Assembly: GCA_963705115.1 (NCBI GenBank)
Contig: CAVPIX010000002.1
Span: 11,555-75,554 of the forward strand
Direction: 5' to 3'
Source of the DNA: an uncultured delta proteobacterium
GTDB taxonomy: Bacteria > Desulfobacterota > Desulfobaccia > Desulfobaccales > 0-14-0-80-60-11
DNA: 64,000 bases
Shown here one piece after another: positions 36,678 through 46,209 of the stretch (its first letter is position 1; each line of letters opens with the position of its first letter). Below the pieces are notes generated by a model that worked only from the letters and a program-made list of their open reading frames with translations, was not told the DNA's origin and made no database searches. The translations under genes and the position numbers were made by a program.

Positions 36678-37583
36678 TTATGCATTCGGAGTGACAGCCA
36701 CCATATGGCTGATGACGGCGTCCCTGGGAACGTTGCAAATCGACGCCACCTGTTTGGGATCAAATCCCAGACAGAGGGCCAGCAGCTGGTTGTAATCGAA
36801 CACCGGGATCTTGTAGCGCTCTTCGCCCAATTGTTCGTTGAGGATATTCTGAACCCTTTCCATGTGCATCAGACAGGTAATGCAGGAGACCGCGATGAAA
36901 TCGGCCTTGGTTTCTTCAAGGATGGCGTCGAATTTCTTTTGGGCGAACTCGATGGCCTGCTCCGGGGTGCTTTTCATAAAGCCGCCGGCCCCGCCGCAAC
37001 AGTCCAGCTCGCGACTAAAGCCGTCCACCTCGGCTCCCAGGGCTTCCACCAGCAGCCGCAGGCCCTTGGGCGCCCGGGGAGATTCCTCAAACCCCACGAC
37101 TTCGCTGGGGAACAGGGTGTGGCAGGGGTACTGCACCACCCCGTGGAGTCCCGTGAGGCTCTTTTTGAGATTCGAGGAAATTTTCTCCGGACCTACTTCC
37201 CGCAAGAGGACCTCCGACACATGGCGCACCTTGGATTTCCCGGTGACGGACCGCCCGGTGGGCTCGAGCAGTTCATTGACGTGGGCCAGTTTTTCCTGGT
37301 CATGGATCATGTGCTCGCGTCCCATGCGCAGGGAACTGTAGCAGGAACCGCACTGGACTACGAAATCACAGCCATGCTGCTCGGCAATGGAAAGGTTCCA
37401 GCCGCTGGTGGCCATCCAGGCCTCCTCGTCGGACGATGGGAAAGACCCGAAGGCCGGACAGCAGACATAGTTGTCGGCATCCACGATGTCAATGCCCAAG
37501 ACCGGCATTGACGCCCGAATGGCCCGCTCCACATCCGGCCGGATGGCAGGGGTGTTACAGCCCGGGAAGAAACATAGTTGCAT
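36678..37583 (-). CDS. hdrB: Heterodisulfide reductase subunit B (two CCG domains)
   Basis: Start MQLCFFPGC at 37583; VCCPAFG, QCGSCY, QYPCH, DCCGGAGG and SCITC. Confidence 0.9.
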   Translation of the reverse strand: MQLCFFPGCNTPAIRPDVERAIRASMPVLGIDIVDADNYVCCPAFGSFPSSDEEAWMATSGWNLSIAEQHGCDFVVQCGSCYSSLRMGREHMIHDQEKLAHVNELLEPTGRSVTGKSKVRHVSEVLLREVGPEKISSNLKKSLTGLHGVVQYPCHTLFPSEVVGFEESPRAPKGLRLLVEALGAEVDGFSRELDCCGGAGGFMKSTPEQAIEFAQKKFDAILEETKADFIAVSCITCLMHMERVQNILNEQLGEERYKIPVFDYNQLLALCLGFDPKQVASICNVPRDAVISHMVAVTPNA

Positions 37584-37615
37584 CTTATTGTCCTCGTGTG
37601 TATGAACTTGCTCTT

Positions 37616-38128
37616 TTATCCCTTGAACATATAGTCGTTTTCGCTGACTATCTGGGTCTGCATGAGCATTTCCTGGAACATGGCCAGTTGCTCCGGGTTT
37701 TTGGTTATGATGGGCAAGGGGGGCAACCCCAGGGAATCGCGCAACTCCTGGTTGGCGCCGGCCGCCTGGGTATAGCCCCGCTTGTAGATCTCCACGATGG
37801 CCGACGGGATCAGGGTCTCGTCGTTTTTGCACTGCCATTGCCGGATGGAGAGGATCATCTCAAAGGGCATGACATTTTGGGGGCACATCTCCTCGCACCT
37901 GGAACAGGAGACACAGGCCCAGGGCGTGTCATCCATGAGGAGATCCTCCTCCAGTCCCAGGATCACCTTCCGAGCCAGATTCCTGACCAGCAGCGGCGGG
38001 TCCCCATGGGAGGCCGGACAGCCGGAGACACAGGTGCTGCAATTGAAACAGTAATGCAGGTTGCCGGTGTTATAGATATCTTTCCACAGATCCTTGGTCG
38101 ATCCTTCTTGCAAGTCCATGATCCCCAC
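37616..38128 (-). CDS. hdrC: Heterodisulfide reductase subunit C (2x[4Fe-4S])
   Basis: CFNCSTCVSGCP and WACVSCSRCEEMCP. Confidence 0.9.
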   Translation of the reverse strand: MGIMDLQEGSTKDLWKDIYNTGNLHYCFNCSTCVSGCPASHGDPPLLVRNLARKVILGLEEDLLMDDTPWACVSCSRCEEMCPQNVMPFEMILSIRQWQCKNDETLIPSAIVEIYKRGYTQAAGANQELRDSLGLPPLPIITKNPEQLAMFQEMLMQTQIVSENDYMFKG

Positions 38129-38131
38129 CTC

Positions 38132-41100
38132 TTATCCGGCAGTTGATGAAAACAAGCTGTCAATGAGTTTGGCGTCAATGACAGCCATCAGTTGCTTGTC
38201 ACTCCAGCCTCTGACCTCAGCCGCATTGTTCTGGCACTCCACCGCGCACATGCCGCAGGCCTGACAGGCTGCCGCATCGATCTCAATGCAATTATCCGCC
38301 TCATTAAAGGATCTCGCCTCAAACGGGCAGATGGGCACGCATCTCTGGCAGCGCACACACAAGGCGTCTTTCACCAGTGAGGTGACCGCAGCCGTGTGCA
38401 CCTCCCGGCGGGACAGATAGGTGTAGGCCTTCTGGGCTGCCGCCTCGGCCTGCAAGAGCACGCTCCTTAAAGGCATGGGCGAATGGGCCGTGCCGGCCGC
38501 ATAGATGCCCACCTTCTGGAATTCGATGGGACGCCATTTGGAATCCGCCTCGGCAAAAAACCAATCTCCGGTTACCGGGATATTGAAGGCTTCGGCCAGG
38601 TGCAGATTGGACTCTTCCGGATCCACGCCGGTGGCCAGAACCACCAGGTCTGCAGGTACCTGCAATTCTTCCTGGAGGACCGTATCCATGATTTTGACCA
38701 CCGGCTTGCCGTCCTCGCCAATTTCCACCTGGGGCTTGTTATCCAGGCTGTAATTGATGAAAATCACCCCGGCGGCCCTGGCTTGGGAGTAATACTGCTC
38801 GTAGAAGCCATAGGTCATGATGTCCCGGTAGAGCATGAAGACCCGGGCTTCGGGATTCATTTCCTTGATCTTCAGGGCATTGCCGATGGCTCCCAGGCAG
38901 CAGATCCGGCTGCAGTAGGGGCGCCCGGTCTTCTCCCGCGACCCCACACACTGGATCATCACCACATTTTCCAGTTCTCCGGGGTCGATGTCGCCGCTGG
39001 CGAGCCCCTGGCGCAATTCCGCCTGGGTCAGGACCGCGTCCGAGGTCCCGTAGCCGTATTCGTCGGCGGCGCCTTCATGCCCGCCGGTGGCCATGATCAC
39101 CGCCCCGTGATGCAAATAGGTGTCATTGCCGCTATCCTTGAAATGCAGCTTGGACTCGAAATCGCCCAGGTTGCCCACGGTTTTCTCAACCTCGCAATTC
39201 AGGTGGACATTGATGTTCTTGTGTTCGAAAACCTTGAGCTTCATATCATTGGCCATGGCCATGGGAGCCAGGCCATCCACCGTCCTCTCCACCCGGGTGC
39301 CGAGATAGCCGCCCAGATGGGCTTCCTTTTCCACCAGATGCACCGGCACCCCCCGTTCCGCCAGGGACAGGGCGGTGTGCATGCCGGCGAGGCCGCCGCC
39401 GATCACCAGGGCGTTCTGGTTGATGGGCAGAGTGCTCACCGAAAGATCCGGCTTAAATCTGAGCTTTTCGATATCCCCTTTGATTTCCCTGGCTGTCCGC
39501 AAGGTCCAGTCCTCGGTGGACGGCTCGGCCAGGCCTTTCCTGGCCATGCCGAACAGATCGAAAATCTCCACCATGGAGGAGTTGAAGCCGGCCTTCCTGG
39601 CTTCATTCTTGAGATGCCGCCGGTACATGAAAGGGTGGCAGGCCCCGATGACCAACCGGTTGCATTTGGACTTGCCCAAAACATCCTCGAGGACCGCCTC
39701 GCCATCGGCCATGCACATGGAATCGATGACCTGGACCGCGCCCACGCCCGGGTAGCGTTTCAATTCGGCGCCCAGGAGCTCGTAATCGAGCCCTTCCGCA
39801 CCAGGCTTTTCCCCGCATTTGCACAGGGCCACCGAGACCAGGGGCATTTCCCGCCGATGGCTGGTGGGTTCGGGGATTTCCTCTTCCTGCACCTTGTCCA
39901 GGCCCAGGGAAGCGAGGAATTTGGTGGCCTCTCCCGCCGCGGCGATACCGCTGGACACGGCCTCGCTGATATCCGTGAGTCCCATGAGCGAGCCGCAGAG
40001 AAACAGGGCGGGCTTGCCCTCAACCCTCACCTTGCTGGCCTCTTCGGTGGCGATCAGGCCCCGCTCATCCAGGGGGGCGTTCACCAGGCCGGCCATTTTT
40101 ATATGGGTCTCATAGGGCATCTGACCTGTGGACATTACCACCAGGTCATAATCCTGCACATGGAACTCGTTGGTCTCGGGATCGATATAACGTATGGCCA
40201 GACTACCGTCAGGCTTGGCCATCACCCCCTGCACCCGGCAGCGGATCAGGTTCACCCCATGTACGTCCACGGCCTCGTCCCGGTACTGTTGGAAGCCTTT
40301 GCCGAAGGTCCGCATATCCATGTAAAAAATGGTGGTGTCCACCTCCGGCCCGCCTTTTTCCTTGGCCAGGACGGCCTCTTTCAGGGCAAACATGCAGCAT
40401 ATGGAAGAACAGTAATCTCTTCCCTGCCGCCGGTTGCGCGAACCCATGCACTGGATCCAGGCAATGTTTTTGGCGGGCTGGCCGTCGGACGGCCGTCTGA
40501 TGACGCCGTCCTGATAGGTGCCGGAACCGCTCAGCATCCGCTCAAAGGCGAGGGAGGTGACCACATCCGGCGACACGGCATAGGACTTGGCGTCCTCGTA
40601 ATCCCGGGTGTTATAGAGCTTGACCCCGGAGGCCAGGATAAGGGCGTGGACCTCTCTCGTCTCAGCAAGGTCCTGGGCCTCCAGGTTGATGGCATTGGTG
40701 GGACAAACCTTGAGGCACTCACCGCAGCTGGTGCAAGCCTGTTTGTCGATGAGCAGCATCCTCGGGGTATTGTGGGGCACCGGCTGGTAGATGGCCTTGC
40801 GCGTGGTCAGCCCCTGGTTGAACTCATCTGGGACCTCCACCGGGCAAACGTCCAGGCATTCCCCCATCTCGTTGCAGATGGCCGGGTCGATATAGCGGGC
40901 CTTTTTCAGCAACTCGACCTTATAATTCCCCGCATCCCCTGTTACCGAGGTGATCTCCGTAAAGGGCAGGATCTCGATATTTTCGTGAAACAGGCTTTTG
41001 CGCATACAGTACTGCGAGGCATACTCGCGGCCCACCAGGGGCAGCATTCTGCACATGCCGCAATGATCCGTGGGGAATTGGTAATCAAGTTTGGCCAGGA

Positions 41101-41233
41101 TGCCCCCCATCTGGGGGGAATCGTCGGTCAATATGACCTTGTAGCCCGATTCGGCCAACTCTATGGCCGCCTTGACCCCGGAAATGCCGGCGCCGGCTAC
41201 CAGGACGGTTCCTATAGGCTTTTTCTCCGCCAT
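38132..41233 (-). CDS. hdrA: HdrA-like flavoprotein with two FAD modules (tandem, QmoA/QmoB-like arrangement)
   Basis: GAGISG and GGGLAG dinucleotide motifs; two IQC-x-GSR...YCS-x-ICC motifs; internal CKCG; ferredoxin motifs. Confidence 0.88.
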   Translation of the reverse strand: MAEKKPIGTVLVAGAGISGVKAAIELAESGYKVILTDDSPQMGGILAKLDYQFPTDHCGMCRMLPLVGREYASQYCMRKSLFHENIEILPFTEITSVTGDAGNYKVELLKKARYIDPAICNEMGECLDVCPVEVPDEFNQGLTTRKAIYQPVPHNTPRMLLIDKQACTSCGECLKVCPTNAINLEAQDLAETREVHALILASGVKLYNTRDYEDAKSYAVSPDVVTSLAFERMLSGSGTYQDGVIRRPSDGQPAKNIAWIQCMGSRNRRQGRDYCSSICCMFALKEAVLAKEKGGPEVDTTIFYMDMRTFGKGFQQYRDEAVDVHGVNLIRCRVQGVMAKPDGSLAIRYIDPETNEFHVQDYDLVVMSTGQMPYETHIKMAGLVNAPLDERGLIATEEASKVRVEGKPALFLCGSLMGLTDISEAVSSGIAAAGEATKFLASLGLDKVQEEEIPEPTSHRREMPLVSVALCKCGEKPGAEGLDYELLGAELKRYPGVGAVQVIDSMCMADGEAVLEDVLGKSKCNRLVIGACHPFMYRRHLKNEARKAGFNSSMVEIFDLFGMARKGLAEPSTEDWTLRTAREIKGDIEKLRFKPDLSVSTLPINQNALVIGGGLAGMHTALSLAERGVPVHLVEKEAHLGGYLGTRVERTVDGLAPMAMANDMKLKVFEHKNINVHLNCEVEKTVGNLGDFESKLHFKDSGNDTYLHHGAVIMATGGHEGAADEYGYGTSDAVLTQAELRQGLASGDIDPGELENVVMIQCVGSREKTGRPYCSRICCLGAIGNALKIKEMNPEARVFMLYRDIMTYGFYEQYYSQARAAGVIFINYSLDNKPQVEIGEDGKPVVKIMDTVLQEELQVPADLVVLATGVDPEESNLHLAEAFNIPVTGDWFFAEADSKWRPIEFQKVGIYAAGTAHSPMPLRSVLLQAEAAAQKAYTYLSRREVHTAAVTSLVKDALCVRCQRCVPICPFEARSFNEADNCIEIDAAACQACGMCAVECQNNAAEVRGWSDKQLMAVIDAKLIDSLFSSTAG

Positions 41234-41243
41234 AATCCCGCTC

Positions 41244-42374
41244 CTATTTGACCTGACCGGTCACTTCCATCAACTCATCTGATTTGAAGACAGCCATGGG
41301 CTGTTCTTCCTCAAGAGACCGTCCTGCCTGATAGTTGAACCGGGCCTGAGTCTTGTCGGCGCAAGTTCTGAACAACGGCATCAGATCAATGTCATTGGGG
41401 CAGGCGCTGGTGCACTGACCGCAGCCGACACACATGAGGCTCATGTGGGTCATGCGGACCAGGTGATAGAACAGGGTGTCGTTGGGCAGCTTCAGCGCCC
41501 CGCTTTGATCGGCCCACAGCATGTATTGGTCGCCAGTGTGCCGGAAGGTGTCGGTAACGAAGACGCATTCCTTGCAGTAGCACACCGGGCAGGCCACCCG
41601 GCAGTTGTAACAGTTGATACAGGCGGACAGTTTGTCGGCCAGCGCCTCAAAGTTGCTGGTCTCATCCCGGAATTCAGCAAATTTCTTATCCCTGGCCTCG
41701 GTGCGGGCCGCCATCAGTTTCTTCACCGCTTCGTCCCGCCCGGCCGGAGCCGCACCCGATTTCAGGCCCGATTTTTCCAGGGCTTGCTTGCCTTTGGAAG
41801 TAATGGCTTCGATGAAGACCGCGCCATTGCCCGCGCCCAGGGAGCACAACCTCATATCCACCTGGTCAGCCGTGGGGAATTCGCAGATCTGGCAGGCGCC
41901 GCAGATGTCGACATCCCCCATGGCGGTCTTGCCGGCCTGGGCGTTTTCCAGGAAGGACTCGGAGGTCCCGCCCTGCTCCTGGAATTTGGCAAAATCGGTA
42001 TTCTCATAGCGGCCCAAGCAGTCCACGCTCATCAGCAGGACATCATCGAGGGCCACCTGCTTTAACTTGGCCAGTTCCACCACGGCGCGAATCTCGCAGG
42101 GGCGCAGGACCATGACCAGCCTGCGGCCGGAGGGCCGAGCGGTCAGCGAAGAGGCAATCTTGGCGCCGCTCACCGCCGCTATGGGGGCAAAAGGATCCAC
42201 CCGGTCGGTATATTCAGGGGAGGTGATCAGAGAAAGCCGAACCCCCTTCTTGGGTTGCGCCATGGGCACCAGGACCCCATCAACCGCGCCCTTTTCCAGC
42301 ATGCCCTTGAAAAAGGCGCCCAGTTTCGTATTCATCTCGTCTTTCTGAAAAGACAGTTGCGCATAGTTAGCCAT
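41244..42374 (-). CDS. FdhB/FrhB-N (FlxD-like) iron-sulfur protein
   Basis: RPCEIRA, SVDCLG, CGACQIC, CINCYNCRVACPVCYC and CVGCGQCTSACP. Confidence 0.8.
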   Translation of the reverse strand: MANYAQLSFQKDEMNTKLGAFFKGMLEKGAVDGVLVPMAQPKKGVRLSLITSPEYTDRVDPFAPIAAVSGAKIASSLTARPSGRRLVMVLRPCEIRAVVELAKLKQVALDDVLLMSVDCLGRYENTDFAKFQEQGGTSESFLENAQAGKTAMGDVDICGACQICEFPTADQVDMRLCSLGAGNGAVFIEAITSKGKQALEKSGLKSGAAPAGRDEAVKKLMAARTEARDKKFAEFRDETSNFEALADKLSACINCYNCRVACPVCYCKECVFVTDTFRHTGDQYMLWADQSGALKLPNDTLFYHLVRMTHMSLMCVGCGQCTSACPNDIDLMPLFRTCADKTQARFNYQAGRSLEEEQPMAVFKSDELMEVTGQVK

Positions 42375-42393
42375 GTCCGTCCTCTCCGTGTCC

Positions 42394-42822
42394 TCAGATT
42401 GCCATTTGAGCCAAGGCCCGCAGCGGGCTTGGTCCTAAGTGCCTCAATTTTTTGGTCATCTCGTCCGCGACTTCTTTCAGCATGGTGCCCTCACTGGCGG
42501 CGATCCACCTGAGCCAGAAACGCTGTTCATCGATGCCGTACTGTTTCAGGATCTCGGTGAGGTTGGCCACCCGGCGCCGGGCCTTCAGGTTGCCGTTGAT
42601 ATAATGACAGTCCCCCGGCCAGCAGCCGCCGATGAGGACGCCGTCCGCGCCGTTCAGAAAGGCCTTGATGACGTATTTCGGGTCCACCATGCCGGTGCAC
42701 ATAACCCGGATGATCTTGAGGTTGGGCGGGTACGCCAGGCGCGAAGTGCCGGCCAGGTCGGCGGCAGTGAAGGTGCACCAGTTACAGAAAAAGGCTACGA
42801 TTTGGGGTTCTAACTCGCTCAT
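42394..42822 (-). CDS. mvhD: MvhD-like [2Fe-2S] subunit
   Basis: FFCNWC, RVMCTG, GADGV and GCWPGDCHY. Confidence 0.93.
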   Translation of the reverse strand: MSELEPQIVAFFCNWCTFTAADLAGTSRLAYPPNLKIIRVMCTGMVDPKYVIKAFLNGADGVLIGGCWPGDCHYINGNLKARRRVANLTEILKQYGIDEQRFWLRWIAASEGTMLKEVADEMTKKLRHLGPSPLRALAQMAI

Positions 42823-42825
42823 CGC

Positions 42826-45800
42826 CTAGGCTCCTTGTTGAAATAAAAGTCCGTCGATTTCGGCAAAAATCTGCTTATCGGTGAAGTGTCTCACCTTGGC
42901 GGCGCCGCTGGGACAAGCACCGGAGCAGCTTCCACATCCTTTACAGATGGCGCTGTTGACCTCACTGATGCCCCCATACTCATTGAACTCGATGGCCGTA
43001 TAGGGGCAGAGGCCGATACAGAGTTGGCAACCGACGCAGATGTCCGGATCAATGCCGGAGATCATGGGCGGGATCTCCACCTGACCCGCGGAGGACAGCG
43101 CCAGGCATTCCGCCGCGGCCCCCTTGGCCTGGGCCACCGTGTCCGGGATGTCCTTCGGTCCCTGGCAGGTCCCGGCCAGAAAAACACCGCTGGTGGGGGT
43201 GGATACAGGCGCCAGTTTCGGATGCTGCTCCTGGAAGAAGCCGTCCTGACCGATGCCGATACCGAATTTGCGCATGACGTCGGTGGCGTCGGGTCTCGGT
43301 TCCATGGCGGTGCAGAGGATGACCATCTCCACCGGGACTTCGATCAGGCGGCCGGAGAGGGTATCCTCCCCCTTCACGGTGAGGATGCCGTTGGCATCTT
43401 CGGTGATGGAACCGGCCTTGCCGCGAATCATCTTGACGCCTTCGGCCTGGACCTTTTTGTAGAATTCCTCGTAGCCCTTGCCGAAGCAGCGCATGTCGAT
43501 GTAGAAGTTGTAGATTTCGGTGTCGTGCCCGCATTTGTCTTTCAGCAGATGGGCATACTTCAGGGCATACATGCAGCAGGTGCGGGAGCAGTATTCGTGG
43601 TAGTTCTTGTCCCGGCTGCCGATGCAGTGGAGAATGGCCACGCTCTTGGGCGGGTCCGTGAACTTCAGGGGATCTTTCAGATCACGCTTCAGGAGCTTGC
43701 CCGCGGTGGGCCCGGTGGCGTTGCTGAGCCGCTCGAACTCCAGGTTGGTAAAGACGTTCCGGTACTTGCCGTAGCCGTACTGGGTCATCTTGGACGGATT
43801 CATGGGGTCAAAGCCCGTGGCGATGATGATGGAGCCGACGTCGATGGTTTCTCTCTTGTCAACCATCTCATGGTCAATGGCCTTGGCCTGGCAGGCATCC
43901 ACACAGAGCCTGCATTCGCAGCAGCCGCCGCAATCCACGCAGCGGGCCGCCTCCGCCTTGGCCTGCTCCTCACCGAACCCCAGTTCCACTTCCTTGTAAT
44001 TGTGAATCCGGTCAGCTACCGGCAGGAGGGGCATCTTGGCCCGGGGTGCAGACTTGACCTCTTTCGGGATGGCCTTCCAGTTGCTGCCGGCGGGCTTGGG
44101 CGGTCTGTTTTCCGCCAGATCCTCGCCCAGCAGGTATTTTTCTATGGAGATGGCCGCCTGCTGGCCTGCGGCGATGGCGTCCACCGCGATGGAGGGCCCG
44201 GTGAACAGGTCGCCGCCGGCAAAGATGCCTGGGTAGGTGGTCTGGAAGGTCACCGGATTGGCCACCACCGTCCCCCACCTGGATAGCTCGATCCCTTCCG
44301 TGCCTTCCAGGAAACTGCTGTTGACGTGCTGGCCGATGGCCGGGATAATCATGTCGCAGTCCACGTCGAATTCCGAACCAGCCACCGGCACCGGTCTCCT
44401 TCTGCCGGAGACGTCCGGTTCGCCCAGTTCCATCTTGATGCAGCGGAGCCCCGTAACCTTGCCGTTTTCGGTGAGGACGGCCAGTGGAGCCACCAGCAGT
44501 TCGATCTTGATGCCTTCTTCCTCCGCGGCCTTGACTTCATGCTTGGAGGCCGGCATCTCGTCCCGGCTCCGCCGGTACAGCATGGTCACCTCGGAGGCGC
44601 CTTGCCGCAAAGCCTCCCGGGCCGAGTCGATGGCCGTGTCGCCGCCGCCCACCACCGCTACCTTTTTCCCGGTCTTCACCGGTTCCCTGCGGTTGAGCAT
44701 GCCGAGATAATCGACCCCGTGCACGACGCCTTCCGCATCCTCGTTTTCGATCTTCATCTTCATGCTGCTCTGGGCGCCGGTGGCCAGGTAAACGGCCTTA
44801 AAGCCCTCATTGAAGAGACCGGCGATGGGGCGGTCCTTGCCGATGGAGACGTTCAGCTGGATATCCACACCCAGCTTCTTGATGTAGTTGACCTCCCGTT
44901 CGAGAACCTCGGGTGGCAGGCGGTAGTCCGGAATGCCGGCCCGGAGCATGCCGCCGACAAAGGGGGCCCCTTCGAAGATGGTGGGATGATAGCCTTTTTT
45001 GGCCAGGAAATAGGCAGCGGTCAGGCCGGCCGGACCCGCGCCGATGATGGCCACCTTCTCGGTTTCCGGCTGCTTGTCGATTTCCGGCACCGGCAGGGTG
45101 TCCCAATCCACCTGATCCGCGGCAAACCGCTTCAACTGGCAGATGGCCAGGGGAGATTCCACCTCTTTCCGGCGACATTGCCCCTCACAGGGAGCGGGAC
45201 AGATGCGCCCCAGGGAGCCGGGCAGGGGCATGGTCTCCATGATCACCTTGAGTGATTCCTCGTACCGGCCTTCCCTGATGAGGGCGACAAATCCCTGGAT
45301 ATTGATACCCGCGGGGCAGTTCTGCACGCAGGGGCCCCGGTCGTATTTTTCGATGGCGTAGCGCACCGGCACCGCCTGGGGGAAAGAGATATAGATGGCC
45401 TTGCGCATCTTGGTGCCCGCGTCCCATTCGTTGGGCGACTCCACGGGACAGACCTTGGCGCAGTCGCCGCAGCCGGTGCAGTTGGTCTTCACAAAGCGGG
45501 AGCGCTGATTGACGTTGACCTTGAAGTTGCCCACAAAGCCGCTGACGCTCTCCACCTCGGAGTTGGTCATCAGATTGATGTTCTTGTCCTGGCCCACGGC
45601 CACCATTTTCGGGGTGCCGATACAGGCGGCGCAGTCCAGGGTGGGGAAGGTCTTGTCGTACTGGAGCATGTGCCCCCCCACGGTGGGCTGCCGCTCCACC
45701 AGGAAGACCTTGTTGCCGGAGCTGGCGATGTCCAGGGCCGCCTGCATGCCGGCGATGCCCCCACCCACCACCAGGGTGTTGGGGTTGACCGAGAAGGTGC

Positions 45801-46209
45801 TCGGGTAAAGCGCGCTCTGGTTCTTGACCCGCCGCAGACCGGCCCGGATCAGGACAATGGCCTTGGCCGTGGCCTCTTCCTCGCTTTCCGTCACCCAGGA
45901 GCCGTGCTCCCGGACACAGACCATGTGGAAGGCCCGGTAGGGATTCAACCCGGCCCTCTGGCAAGCGGCCCGGAAGGTCTTTTCGTGCATGCGGGGCGAG
46001 CAGGCGGCCACCACCACATGCGACAGGTTTTGATTTTTGATTTCTTTTTCAATGAGATCCTGCCCCGGGTCCGAGCACATAAACAGATAGTCGTTGGCCA
46101 CGATGACATCCGGGAAGGAGGCCGCATACTCCGCCACATCTTTCACTCTCACCTTGGAGGCGATGTTGATCCCGCAGTGGCAGATAAAAAAACCGATTCG
46201 CTCAGACAT
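42826..46209 (-). CDS. hdrA: HdrL-type protein: HdrA with inserted GltD-like NAD(P)H:flavin oxidoreductase
   Basis: CHCGINI, ACSPRMHE and GGGIAG; insert from CVQNCPAG through GAGPAG, GGGDTA and FAGGD; then HCIGSRD...YCSRTCC and a C-terminal ferredoxin. Confidence 0.88.
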   Translation of the reverse strand: MSERIGFFICHCGINIASKVRVKDVAEYAASFPDVIVANDYLFMCSDPGQDLIEKEIKNQNLSHVVVAACSPRMHEKTFRAACQRAGLNPYRAFHMVCVREHGSWVTESEEEATAKAIVLIRAGLRRVKNQSALYPSTFSVNPNTLVVGGGIAGMQAALDIASSGNKVFLVERQPTVGGHMLQYDKTFPTLDCAACIGTPKMVAVGQDKNINLMTNSEVESVSGFVGNFKVNVNQRSRFVKTNCTGCGDCAKVCPVESPNEWDAGTKMRKAIYISFPQAVPVRYAIEKYDRGPCVQNCPAGINIQGFVALIREGRYEESLKVIMETMPLPGSLGRICPAPCEGQCRRKEVESPLAICQLKRFAADQVDWDTLPVPEIDKQPETEKVAIIGAGPAGLTAAYFLAKKGYHPTIFEGAPFVGGMLRAGIPDYRLPPEVLEREVNYIKKLGVDIQLNVSIGKDRPIAGLFNEGFKAVYLATGAQSSMKMKIENEDAEGVVHGVDYLGMLNRREPVKTGKKVAVVGGGDTAIDSAREALRQGASEVTMLYRRSRDEMPASKHEVKAAEEEGIKIELLVAPLAVLTENGKVTGLRCIKMELGEPDVSGRRRPVPVAGSEFDVDCDMIIPAIGQHVNSSFLEGTEGIELSRWGTVVANPVTFQTTYPGIFAGGDLFTGPSIAVDAIAAGQQAAISIEKYLLGEDLAENRPPKPAGSNWKAIPKEVKSAPRAKMPLLPVADRIHNYKEVELGFGEEQAKAEAARCVDCGGCCECRLCVDACQAKAIDHEMVDKRETIDVGSIIIATGFDPMNPSKMTQYGYGKYRNVFTNLEFERLSNATGPTAGKLLKRDLKDPLKFTDPPKSVAILHCIGSRDKNYHEYCSRTCCMYALKYAHLLKDKCGHDTEIYNFYIDMRCFGKGYEEFYKKVQAEGVKMIRGKAGSITEDANGILTVKGEDTLSGRLIEVPVEMVILCTAMEPRPDATDVMRKFGIGIGQDGFFQEQHPKLAPVSTPTSGVFLAGTCQGPKDIPDTVAQAKGAAAECLALSSAGQVEIPPMISGIDPDICVGCQLCIGLCPYTAIEFNEYGGISEVNSAICKGCGSCSGACPSGAAKVRHFTDKQIFAEIDGLLFQQGA

